DNA of 64,000 bases, from contig DATHSA010000054.1 in the NCBI GenBank assembly GCA_035464675.1, positions 7,998 to 71,997 of the forward strand, in the 5' to 3' direction. This stretch comes from Acidimicrobiia bacterium. Lineage in GTDB: Bacteria; Actinomycetota; Acidimicrobiia; Spongiisociales; UBA11373. Numbering within the stretch: the stretch's first letter is position 1; every line of letters begins with the position of its first letter. Below, in pieces: positions 32,135-40,664 of this stretch. The translations under genes and the position numbers were made by a program. The notes under the pieces are model-generated. The model saw only the letters and a program-made list of their open reading frames with translations, searched no databases and was not told the origin of the DNA.

Positions 32135-32905
32135 CTACGTGATCGCCTTGCGGAACGCCAGCGTCGCTCCGGTGAAGGTCACCACCGCCAAGCCTCCCGT
32201 CACGGCCAGCGCTTCACCGATGGCGCCCCAGTCCCATCCGGTGTTCACGAGGGCACGAAGCGCCTCCACGATGTACGTGATCGGGTTGAACGTCGCCACC
32301 GCATCGAGCCAGTCCGGGAGCAGGATCGACGGCATGAACGCCGTCGAGAGGAAGAGCACCGGGAAGGTGATGAGGATCCCCACGATCATCGTCAACTCTC
32401 CGTTCCGGGTGCGGAGGGCGATGATGTTGGAGAGGCCGGCCCAGGCGACTCCGAAGAGGGCGGCGAGCACCACCATCACCGCCACGCCGGCCACACCGGT
32501 GGCGAACCTCGCCCCCATCGCCAGGGAGACGAGCACGATCACGGCCCCCTGGGCCATCGCTCGCGAAGCGTCGGCCAGGAGCTTCCCGAGCAGGATGCTC
32601 GATCGTCGTATTGGTGCGATGAGGAACTTGTCGAGCATCCCGTCCTCGATATCGGTCACCATTCCGATCCCGGACTGGAACGCGGAGTTGAGAGCCGTCA
32701 ATGCCACGATGCTGGGGACCAGGAACTGCAGGTAGGAGTCGTACTCGAACCCGGGAAGCCGATCGAGGTTGCTGAACACCTGGCTGAACAGCAGCAGGAA
32801 GATCAGCGGCTGTGCGAGGGCGAAGAAGAGCAGCAGAGGGATCCGCACCAGCTTCTTCATCTGGCGGGCCCAGAGGATCCCCGACTCACGCAGGCTGCGG
32901 ATCAC
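32135..32905 (-). CDS. ABC-2 type transporter permease
   Basis: Six TM helices and a typical ABC-2 exporter permease layout. Overlaps the ATPase stop. Confidence 0.8.
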   Translation of the reverse strand: MIRSLRESGILWARQMKKLVRIPLLLFFALAQPLIFLLLFSQVFSNLDRLPGFEYDSYLQFLVPSIVALTALNSAFQSGIGMVTDIEDGMLDKFLIAPIRRSSILLGKLLADASRAMAQGAVIVLVSLAMGARFATGVAGVAVMVVLAALFGVAWAGLSNIIALRTRNGELTMIVGILITFPVLFLSTAFMPSILLPDWLDAVATFNPITYIVEALRALVNTGWDWGAIGEALAVTGGLAVVTFTGATLAFRKAIT

Positions 32906-33897
32906 CGGCGTCTCCTCATCCTTAGCCGGCTGGGCGGCTTGGCCTCCTCCACCCGCATCCGGCTCCCGGCGTGACGCAGGAATACGTCGTCGAGGGTGGG
33001 CGCCGAGAGTTCGAGGCGGGCGACGCTGACCGACGCCGAGTCGAGGGCTCTCACCACCTCGGCCAACTGGCTGGACGCATTGGCGGTGAACACCCTTATC
33101 GAGTGATCGAACCGGGCCGTCTCATCGCCGTCCGAGAAGCGGTCGAGCACCCCGGCCGCCTTGTCCATCTCGGCATCACCGACCTCGTCGGGGAGGGTCA
33201 CGGTTATCGCCTCCCCACCGAGGTCGCGCTTCAACGCGGCCGGCGTCCCCTCGACGGCGATCACCCCCTGATCGATGATCGCCAGGCGCGTGGCGAGGGC
33301 GTCGGCCTCCTCGAGGTACTGCGTGGTCAGGAAGATCGTGACGCCGCGCCCGTTCAACTCACGCAGGTACTCCCACAGGGCACGACGGGTCTGAGGATCG
33401 AGGCCGGTGGTCGGCTCGTCGAGGAAGAGCACCCGCGGGCCGTGAACCAGAGCCTGCCCGAGGTCGAGCCGCCGACGCATGCCCCCGCTGAAGGTGCCCG
33501 CCCGGCGGCCGGCGGCGTCGACGAGTTGGAGCACCTCGAGGAGCTCGTCACAGCGCCGATTCGCCTCGGCAGCGTCGAGCCCGTGGAGTCGCCCCTGCAT
33601 GATGAGGTTCTCGCGAGCGGTCAGGTCGTCGTCCACACCGATGAACTGGGCCGCATACCCGATCCGTTTTCTGACCTCTTCGGGATCGGCGGTCACGTCG
33701 ATCCCATCGACCGTGGCCACGCCCGACGTCGGTTTGAGGAGGGTGACCAGCACTCGGATCGTCGTGGTCTTCCCGGCACCGTTGGGACCCAGGAAGCCGA
33801 AGATCTCCCCCTCCTCGACAGCGAACGAGATCCCGTCCACCGCCCGAACCTCGCCGGGGTACACCTTGACGAGATCACTGACCCGCAGCAGCGACAT
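32902..33897 (-). CDS. ABC transporter ATP-binding protein (DrrA-like)
   Basis: Walker A GPNGAGKTT, signature FSGGMRRR, Walker B VLFLDEPT, plus a C-terminal accessory domain. Confidence 0.9.
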   Translation of the reverse strand: MSLLRVSDLVKVYPGEVRAVDGISFAVEEGEIFGFLGPNGAGKTTTIRVLVTLLKPTSGVATVDGIDVTADPEEVRKRIGYAAQFIGVDDDLTARENLIMQGRLHGLDAAEANRRCDELLEVLQLVDAAGRRAGTFSGGMRRRLDLGQALVHGPRVLFLDEPTTGLDPQTRRALWEYLRELNGRGVTIFLTTQYLEEADALATRLAIIDQGVIAVEGTPAALKRDLGGEAITVTLPDEVGDAEMDKAAGVLDRFSDGDETARFDHSIRVFTANASSQLAEVVRALDSASVSVARLELSAPTLDDVFLRHAGSRMRVEEAKPPSRLRMRRRR

Positions 33898-33907
33898 GAA
33901 GCGGAGG

Positions 33908-35272
33908 CTAACCGGCCGCCAGCACCGTCAGGCCGAGCGCGGTGAGGGCAACCATCAGAGCCAGCATGGCGTACTGGGTGCGCACCGCTCGGGACCCCGG
34001 GAAGACGGCGAGCGCCCGATCGTGAGCGAGTGCCACGCCCACGACGTGGCCACCGACGATCGCCGTCAACTGCACCCACCACACCGCGACCGGAGGGATC
34101 CACGTGTAGTCGGGCCCGTAGTCGATGGTGCCGAACAGGTTCCACCCGAGGCCCAGTGGGTCACTGAGCGCCGGGATCAACAGCTGCCCCTCGAAGGCGA
34201 TGAGGGTGAAATAGTGGGCAAAGGCATAGGCGAGGGCGATCGGCACCAGGGTGTGCGCAAACGACCCCGCCACCTCGGCGGGACCGGGGCCGTTGGGACC
34301 GGCGATCCGGGACGCCCACCACGACGCCGCGGCATACGCGCCGCCGATGACGGCCACGACCGCGACCAGGGCGATCGTCTTGAACCACATCGTGGACTGG
34401 TTGGCCCCCGCCAGCGCGAACGAGAAGTCGTCCCACCATGGGGTCCCCGAAATCCCGTCGTAGGTGACGGTGCCGATCATCGCTACGACGAACGCTGCGA
34501 GCCCGGGCCACCGGGGAAGGACCGGGAGAGCGCGCAGCCACCCCCTCCAACCGATGCGACCATCGGGCCTCCTGCCCAGCGGAGCAATCCCGCTGAGCAA
34601 GCGCTGATAGACGGACAACGCCTCGGTGGACGCCACGACGCGGTCGATACCGAACCTGAAGGCCAGCCCCATGATCGCCACCGTGTAGACCAGAGTCGCC
34701 AGGCCGAGGGTCTGAGGATCACCGGACTCCGGGTGCACGAGCTCGAGCCAGACGATGCCCATGAACACGATCGCCGCCGGCCACACGCCCTCGGGCCCCG
34801 GTCCGGAAGGTCCTTCGAGGCGGGCGAGACGACCCAGAGTCCGCCACGGGCTTATGACGGCCCAAAGGTTTCCGGCCATTGCAGCGGCGAACGGGAGCAC
34901 CAGCCAGACGACCACCCAGACCGCCACCGGCGCGATATTGCTCCGGGCATCGACGTCGCCGGAGAGCCCGGCAGCGATGACCAGGACAAGCCCGAACAGG
35001 CCGAGCGCCGACAGGATCCCGCCGAGCCGGCTCGGTAGCGCCCACCCACCACGCCATCTGGGCCCATCCTGAAGGCGCGGGCTCGGCCACAGGACCGCCA
35101 GCGCGCCAAACGTGATCAGCAGCACCACGCCGGCTCCGACCAGGAAGTACTCCAGTGGCACCGGGAGATCGCTCCTGCCTCCGATCCCGTGCGCCGAGGC
35201 GATGCCCGGGACGACAAGCGCCGCGAGGACCACGGCCAGGACGACTCCCCCGCGACGGACGCGTGGCGTCAC
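33908..35272 (-). CDS. Polytopic membrane protein with predicted N-terminal His after signal cleavage
   Basis: Signal sequence ...VVPGIASA-HGIGGRSDLPVPLEYF, then about 10-12 TM helices. Family not recognised. Confidence 0.65.
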   Translation of the reverse strand: MTPRVRRGGVVLAVVLAALVVPGIASAHGIGGRSDLPVPLEYFLVGAGVVLLITFGALAVLWPSPRLQDGPRWRGGWALPSRLGGILSALGLFGLVLVIAAGLSGDVDARSNIAPVAVWVVVWLVLPFAAAMAGNLWAVISPWRTLGRLARLEGPSGPGPEGVWPAAIVFMGIVWLELVHPESGDPQTLGLATLVYTVAIMGLAFRFGIDRVVASTEALSVYQRLLSGIAPLGRRPDGRIGWRGWLRALPVLPRWPGLAAFVVAMIGTVTYDGISGTPWWDDFSFALAGANQSTMWFKTIALVAVVAVIGGAYAAASWWASRIAGPNGPGPAEVAGSFAHTLVPIALAYAFAHYFTLIAFEGQLLIPALSDPLGLGWNLFGTIDYGPDYTWIPPVAVWWVQLTAIVGGHVVGVALAHDRALAVFPGSRAVRTQYAMLALMVALTALGLTVLAAG

Positions 35273-35718
35273 GAGACCTGGAGCTCGACCAGCAATCGGT
35301 GAGAGTCCTCGAGTTCGACCTCGAAGATCCCCGGGATGTTCGCGGCGAACTCGATCACTGCGGGCTGGCCGGGTGCGATGTCGGCGGTGAGGTCGTATCC
35401 GTGGAGGTGCACCTCGTCGGTGGCATCCCCGGCGATGGTGAGCCGTATCCCGGTTCCCGTGGTGATCTGGATCCGCCCGGACGTCGGGATCCCCTCGACC
35501 CGCACCTCGGCGGACGAGCCAATCACCTCGATGACGATGTCGACGAACGAGTCCGCCGTCGTCGTGGTCGCGGGATTGCTGGTGCTCGGAACCGGCGGCA
35601 GGGTGGTCACCGACGCGGTCGTGGAGGGGGTGTCGGCACCCGTCGTGGTCGTCGCATCGTCGTCGCCACAGGCGGGGACGATGAACACGGCGATCGCGAT
35701 CAACAGGAGTCTGCGCAT
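35269..35718 (-). CDS. Cupredoxin-like lipoprotein
   Basis: MRRLLLIAIAVFIVPAC-GDDD lipobox, a Thr-rich linker, and a C-terminal beta-domain ...DEVHLHGYDL...PGIFEVELEDSH. The stop overlaps the start of the downstream membrane protein. Confidence 0.6.
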   Translation of the reverse strand: MRRLLLIAIAVFIVPACGDDDATTTTGADTPSTTASVTTLPPVPSTSNPATTTTADSFVDIVIEVIGSSAEVRVEGIPTSGRIQITTGTGIRLTIAGDATDEVHLHGYDLTADIAPGQPAVIEFAANIPGIFEVELEDSHRLLVELQVS

Positions 35719-35746
35719 GGGACGGGAGGGTAGATCGACTTCGGCT

Positions 35747-36064
35747 TCAGTCGTCGAGGTCGGTGCGGATCTCCCAACGGATCTCGCCGCCTTCCAGGCG
35801 AGCCTTCACCCGATACTCGACCGAGGTGTCGTGAGTTTCGAACCGGACCTCGATCTCGTTCGCGCCGCTCGTGTTGATCCGGCCGAAAACCCTGCGCGGG
35901 AATCGTCGAGGCCAGCGTCAGAATCCCCGCGGTGGCGGTGACGGTCCCCGAGCGAAGTGGATGTGGTCGAGGGGCTACCCGCAGTCGAGCTCGTCGTCGG
36001 CGACGCCGACAGCCAGGGCCATGAAACCGATGACCGCTCCTACCGCAGTCAGTCTCTTGAACAT
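35747..36064 (-). pseudogene. Decayed small secreted or membrane-anchored protein
   Basis: A strong RBS (GAAGGAGATCGACCG) precedes ATG 36064, giving MFKRLTAVGAVIGFMALAVGVADDELDCG, then an in-frame TAG (35975-35977). Third-position GC indicates coding continues, shifts frame twice, and returns to ...NTSGANEIEVRFETHDTSVEYRVKARLEGGEIRWEIRTDLDD-TGA. Confidence 0.4.
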
Positions 36065-36175
36065 CGGTCGATCTCCTTCAGTTGGTGGTGGACACGCTGA
36101 ATCGTCCGTCGCACCGCCACACGGGCGCTTGAGTTCCGCCTTGGGGAATCCTGAAGCGGGGCACCCGCCCTGGAC

Positions 36176-36209
36176 GCGCTCGAGGGGCCCCGAAGAGCCC
36201 CTCGAGCGC
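36176..36209. terminator. 13-bp perfect palindromic stem-loop
   Basis: GCGCTCGAGGGGC cccgaaga GCCCCTCGAGCGC, about 150 nt downstream of the MoaD-like stop. No U-tract. Confidence 0.45.
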
Positions 36210-36358
36210 GAGGTAGCCGATCAGGCGCTCGCTGCGCCCCATCCGATCCCGGTCGAAGATGCGGCGGCGTCGGCGAGAACCGCGTACTCCGGGTCCGGTC
36301 TCGATCCCTCGGCGAGCGTCGGTGGGTACGCCGACCGAGGGATGGCGTGGATGATCAC

Positions 36359-36691
36359 CTATTCGCCGTGGCCATTCCCCGAATCGGCACGCCCTAATCC
36401 TCCAATTCGAGACGCTCCCCCTGAGACCGCCTGGAGGATCGTGACCACCGCTCCGGGTTCGATGGGGGCCGCCAGCCGCTCGGCGTCGCGGGCGGCGCGG
36501 CCGTCGTGGAAGACCGACACGTTGGGCCTGACCGAGCCGGTCTCGTCGAAGACGTGCACCCGCAGCTGCGGGAGAACCCTGAACAGCCCTTCGAGGGCCT
36601 CGCCGACCGTGGAGGCCTCGACTGGGATCTCCTTGCGTCCGTCGCCGATCTCCGCCAGCAGCGACGGGATGCGAACGGTGGCCGGCGGCAT
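36359..36691 (-). CDS. MoaD/ThiS/CysO-like ubiquitin-fold protein with 18-aa extension beyond the GG
   Basis: ATG 36691 shares 1 nt with the upstream TGA. MPPATVRIPSLLAEIGDGRKEIPVEASTVGEALEGL...EPGAVVTILQAVSGG is followed by ASRIGGLGRADSGNGHGE. Confidence 0.7.
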   Translation of the reverse strand: MPPATVRIPSLLAEIGDGRKEIPVEASTVGEALEGLFRVLPQLRVHVFDETGSVRPNVSVFHDGRAARDAERLAAPIEPGAVVTILQAVSGGASRIGGLGRADSGNGHGE

Positions 36692-37731
36692 CAGACCTCG
36701 AGCACGCCGACGCTGAGGATGCGGGGAAGCACTTCCGGCAACGCGGTCCACGTGTCGCCGCCATCGCCGGTGAGATGAACCGTGCCGGCCGTGGTCCCCA
36801 CGTAGACGCCGCCCGCTCCATCGGTGGCGATGGCGTCGCGCAGGACGCCGGCGTACACCGGCTCCTCGGGATGGCCCTCCCCCGACACGTGCCACGAGTC
36901 ACCGCGGTCCGTGGACCGGTATACCCGGAACTCGCCACCGAGCGGCATGCGGTGCTCGTCGCTTTCCAGGGGAACCACGAACAGCGCCCCCGAAGCCCCA
37001 TCGCGAGCGATCGGGAACCCGAACCGCGCCGGAAGGCCCTCCTCGATCCGCTGCCAGGAGTCACCCCCGTCATGGGTCCGGTAGACCCCGGTGTGCTCCT
37101 GACGCCAGATCGTGTCGGGATCGTCGGGGTCGGCCACGAGGCAATGCACGCAATAGCCGATCTCCTCGTCGTCCGGGTCGGGTGCCGGCTTGGTCACACC
37201 CTTGTTGGCGAGCTGCCAGGAGTCACCCCCGTCCTCGGTACGGAACACACCCACCGCGGACACGCCGAGCCACATCCGCTCGGCGTCGTTCGGGTCGAAG
37301 AGCAGGCGATGAGCCGCCAGCCCACCGAACCCGGGCTGCCAGCCAGGCCGAGTGGCATGCTCATTGAACCCCGGGACCGGCCGCCACGACGCACCGTCGT
37401 CGTCGCTGCGGAACAAGCCCGCCTGATCGACCGCGGCGTAGGTGGTGTCTCCCGAGGTGGCGATCGTCCACACGTTGTTGAGCTTGCGATCGCCCCCCTC
37501 GGGCCACGCCGGACCATCCACGATCTGCTCCCACTCACCGAGATCGGCGCTGCGATGGATGGCCGCTCCGAACCAGTTCGACCCCGTGGCAAGCAGATGG
37601 TCGCCCGACGGCGACCGCCCGAAGGTCGTCACCGCCCATCCCTTGAACTGGGGCCCCGACAGATCCCATCGGGAGCCATTCCCCCGCAGGAAGAACGCCC
37701 CTTTGACCGTGCCGATACCGATCGTCGTCAT
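36691..37731 (-). CDS. BNR/Asp-box repeat beta-propeller protein (sialidase-like fold)
   Basis: Five SxDxGxxW-type boxes: SDDDGASW, TEDGGDSW, THDGGDSW, STDRGDSW, TGDGGDTW. No signal peptide. Confidence 0.8.
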   Translation of the reverse strand: MTTIGIGTVKGAFFLRGNGSRWDLSGPQFKGWAVTTFGRSPSGDHLLATGSNWFGAAIHRSADLGEWEQIVDGPAWPEGGDRKLNNVWTIATSGDTTYAAVDQAGLFRSDDDGASWRPVPGFNEHATRPGWQPGFGGLAAHRLLFDPNDAERMWLGVSAVGVFRTEDGGDSWQLANKGVTKPAPDPDDEEIGYCVHCLVADPDDPDTIWRQEHTGVYRTHDGGDSWQRIEEGLPARFGFPIARDGASGALFVVPLESDEHRMPLGGEFRVYRSTDRGDSWHVSGEGHPEEPVYAGVLRDAIATDGAGGVYVGTTAGTVHLTGDGGDTWTALPEVLPRILSVGVLEV

Positions 37732-39401
37732 GTCGACTCCTCGGCCATGTGGTCGCGCATCACGGTGAGCCCGGTCGACCCGATGGCGAGCAGCCGGGCG
37801 TGGAAGTCCTTCTGATCGAACGCCGATCCCCGGCGCCGCCGCGCATCGGAGCGCAGATCATGGATGGCCTGCTGGCCCACCTTGTACGAGATGGCCTGCC
37901 CGGCCCATCCCAGATACCGGTTCATCTCGGAGACCGCGACGTCGTGCTCCTGCGCCGCATACTCTTCGAGCATCTCGACGCCGAGATCGAACGACCAGCG
38001 CTCTCCGGGATGGAACGGCTGGCCCTCGGGGACGGGCAGGTCGAGGTGCGACCCTATGTCTATGACGACCCGGCAGGCACGGAGCATCTCTGAGGAGAGC
38101 TTCCCCATCCTGTAGTCGGGCTTCTCGAGATAGCCCAGTTCGTCCATGAGATCCTCGGCATACAGCGCCCACCCCTCGCCCGATCCCGAGTACCACACGA
38201 GGAGTTTCTGCAACCGGGACACCCGGTCGCCGGCGGTCATCTGGAGTCCGCTCTGGAGGTGGTGGCCGGGGAACCCCTCGTGGTACGCAGTGGACACCTG
38301 ATCGAAGAGGGGGACCACCTGCGTTTCTCCGATCGACCACCAGACCGTACCGGGCCGGGTGAAGTCCTCACTGGGGCTCACGTAGTAGGCGCCGAGGGAT
38401 CCTCCCGGAGGCGCCATCTTCACGTCGACACGCCGAATCGGCTCGGGGACCTCGAAGTGTGCGCCCTCGAGGTCCGAAAGGGCGACCTCCAGCCTCTCCT
38501 GCATCAGATCCCGGAACTCCTGCTGGCTTTGGGTGGCCCGACCCGGATCCGTCTGGAGCAGGTGAAGCACCTCGCGGAGTTCGGCCTCGGGCAGGATCTC
38601 GTTCGCCACCTCCGACATCGCAGCGCGGATCCGTGCCACCTCCTCCCAACCCCAGTCGTAGGTGGCCCTGGGCTCGATGTCGGCGCCGAGAAACTTCCGG
38701 GCCAGGCGCACGTACCGCTCCTCTCCCACGCCGTCCGCGTCGATGGCATCCGGGAGATACGTCGACTCGAGATACCCGGCGATTGCCCCGTACGCCTGCT
38801 TCGCCGTGGCGACACCGTCGCCGAGCCGCGCAAGCAACCCCTCGTCGGCGACCTCCGCGGCCGCGCCGGGCAGTGTGTCGAAGAACGACCCGTCGGCGGC
38901 GTAGTTGCGGGCCTGACGCGCCGCCTCGATCACCTGCCGGCGCGCCACGGTCATTCCACGCGACCGCCCCAGTTCGAGTGTCTGCCGGTATCCGTCCAGG
39001 GCATCGCCGAGGCCCTCGAGACGGGAGGCGACGTTGGTCCAGCCGTCGGCGGTCGAGGTGTCCATGTGGTCGAAGACCTCCCGGATGTCCTGGATCGGCG
39101 ACGCGATGCTGTTCAACTCGAGGAGGTGCTCGTCCGCGTCGTGCCAGGCGAGTTCGTCGGCCGCGAACTGGACGGCGACGCGGTGAGCCAGACGCCCCCA
39201 CGGCTCGTCGGGTACCGGTGTGGCTTCGACCCTGCGCAGTTGGGACCGGATCAGGTCTGCGGTCGACTCGTACCCCGCGGGCGAGAAGTCGTTCATCTCG
39301 TGCTCGTGGCCCGGCACGCCGAGATAGGTCGCCAGCATGGGCAGATGCTGGACCAGCTCGTCCACCATGTCGCTGCCCAACTGATAGATGTCATCTGTCA
39401 A
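37728..39401 (-). CDS. DUF885 family protein (putative metallopeptidase-like)
   Basis: 557 aa. The AYHEGFPGHHLQ motif and overall length are typical of DUF885. ATGA overlap with the BNR gene. Confidence 0.75.
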   Translation of the reverse strand: MTDDIYQLGSDMVDELVQHLPMLATYLGVPGHEHEMNDFSPAGYESTADLIRSQLRRVEATPVPDEPWGRLAHRVAVQFAADELAWHDADEHLLELNSIASPIQDIREVFDHMDTSTADGWTNVASRLEGLGDALDGYRQTLELGRSRGMTVARRQVIEAARQARNYAADGSFFDTLPGAAAEVADEGLLARLGDGVATAKQAYGAIAGYLESTYLPDAIDADGVGEERYVRLARKFLGADIEPRATYDWGWEEVARIRAAMSEVANEILPEAELREVLHLLQTDPGRATQSQQEFRDLMQERLEVALSDLEGAHFEVPEPIRRVDVKMAPPGGSLGAYYVSPSEDFTRPGTVWWSIGETQVVPLFDQVSTAYHEGFPGHHLQSGLQMTAGDRVSRLQKLLVWYSGSGEGWALYAEDLMDELGYLEKPDYRMGKLSSEMLRACRVVIDIGSHLDLPVPEGQPFHPGERWSFDLGVEMLEEYAAQEHDVAVSEMNRYLGWAGQAISYKVGQQAIHDLRSDARRRRGSAFDQKDFHARLLAIGSTGLTVMRDHMAEEST

Positions 39402-39616
39402 TGGGACTCCGCCGATCGGCGTGGCGACGATAGCGAACGGGCGGCGGAAGGGTCATTGGCCGGATCCTGGCGCCTGCGCCGAAACAAGGATCTCCGAGTC
39501 GCCGCGCCATCGGCGTCGCCCGGCGGGAGCGGACGAGGAGAGGAACGCAGCCACGGGGTCGATGACTGGCGAGGCATGGGCGTGGTCCCCGAGCACCGCA
39601 CGTAGGCTTTCCGACG

Positions 39617-40309
39617 ATGTCTGGCTCCACCCGCCGCGATGCCTTCTTTGCGGGGGTGCGGAGCATCCTCCCCATCACTCTCGGGGTGATCCCCTTCGGG
39701 GTGATCGCCGGGGCGGCGGCCATCGAGTCCGGTCTGGCCGCCGGCCAGGCGATCGCCCTGTCCCCGGTCGTGTTCGCCGGCGCCGCCCAGCTCGCGACCG
39801 TGGACCTGATCGCACGCGACGCCGCACCGCTCGTGATCGTGCTCACCGCCCTCGTGATCAACGCCCGGTTCGCCATGTACAGCGCATCGCTCGCTCCGTG
39901 GCTCAAGGGATCGAGCCCGACCCGCAAGGGCGTGGCGGCGTATCTGCTCACCGACCAGGGATTTGCACTCAGCATCGTCCACTTCGACCGGACCGAGGCC
40001 GATCTCGACACCCGGATCGCGTTCTACTTCGGCGCCGCAGCCCCGCTGTGGGTGATCTGGCAGACCACCTCCGTGATCGGCGTCGTGATCGGCTCTGGGG
40101 TTCCGCCGGAGTGGTCGCTCGACTTCGCGATCCCGTTGGTGTTCATGGCACTGCTCTTCCCCGCGATACGCGACCGGGGGACCCGCGTTGCAGCCGTCGT
40201 TGCCGGCCTCGCCGCCGTGGCCCTGATCGGCCTGCCGCTCAACCTGGGTCTGCTTGCCGCCTCCGCGCTGGGCATCGCCGCCGGGACAGTCGTCGGAGCA
40301 GGCGAATGA
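39617..40309 (+). CDS. azlC: Branched-chain amino acid exporter subunit AzlC
   Basis: FFAGVRSILPITLGVIPFGVIAGAAA... polytopic protein, followed by an overlapping azlD. Confidence 0.82.
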   Translation: MSGSTRRDAFFAGVRSILPITLGVIPFGVIAGAAAIESGLAAGQAIALSPVVFAGAAQLATVDLIARDAAPLVIVLTALVINARFAMYSASLAPWLKGSSPTRKGVAAYLLTDQGFALSIVHFDRTEADLDTRIAFYFGAAAPLWVIWQTTSVIGVVIGSGVPPEWSLDFAIPLVFMALLFPAIRDRGTRVAAVVAGLAAVALIGLPLNLGLLAASALGIAAGTVVGAGE

Positions 40310-40632
40310 CGACCCTCTCGGCGCCGGTCGTGTGGACGGTGATGGCGGCAATCGGAGTCGGGACTTGGCTGCTGCGGATCTCGTTCCTGGCGCTTCTCGG
40401 CCGTGTCGATCAGGTTCCGCCCTCTCTCTCCCGCGTGCTGCGCTACATCCCCGCCGCAGTACTCGCCGCACTCGTGCTTCCCGCGCTGACCCACGCGACC
40501 GGCGGGTTCGACCTGGCCACCGACCGCTTCGCCGCCGGGGCGGTAGCGGCCCTGGTGGCGTGGCGCACCCGGAACGTGCTGGCAACGATCACGGTCGGGA
40601 TGGTCTGCCTGTGGATGCTGCAGGCCATCTGA
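40306..40632 (+). CDS. azlD: Branched-chain amino acid exporter subunit AzlD
   Basis: ATG 40306 (ATGA overlap). 108 aa with 3-4 TM helices. Only the C-terminal part of ORF 39388-40632 is credible. Confidence 0.75.
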   Translation: MTTLSAPVVWTVMAAIGVGTWLLRISFLALLGRVDQVPPSLSRVLRYIPAAVLAALVLPALTHATGGFDLATDRFAAGAVAALVAWRTRNVLATITVGMVCLWMLQAI

Positions 40633-40664
40633 GTGCCGGTCGGCCGGCCGCGTGGTGAGGCGGG

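Noticed and set aside
36078-37073. A 331-aa minus-strand ORF overlapping the MoaD-like and BNR genes, and possible small ORFs between 36080 and 36358.
   Set aside because: It is out of frame with two well-supported genes and has an Arg/Gly/Pro-rich composition. The 3' part spans the 13-bp palindrome and has no start with an RBS.
39388-40632. A 414-aa plus-strand ORF spanning azlC in another frame.
   Set aside because: Only its last 108 codons (from ATG 40306, overlapping the azlC stop) look like a membrane protein (AzlD). The upstream part is Arg/Pro-rich read-through.
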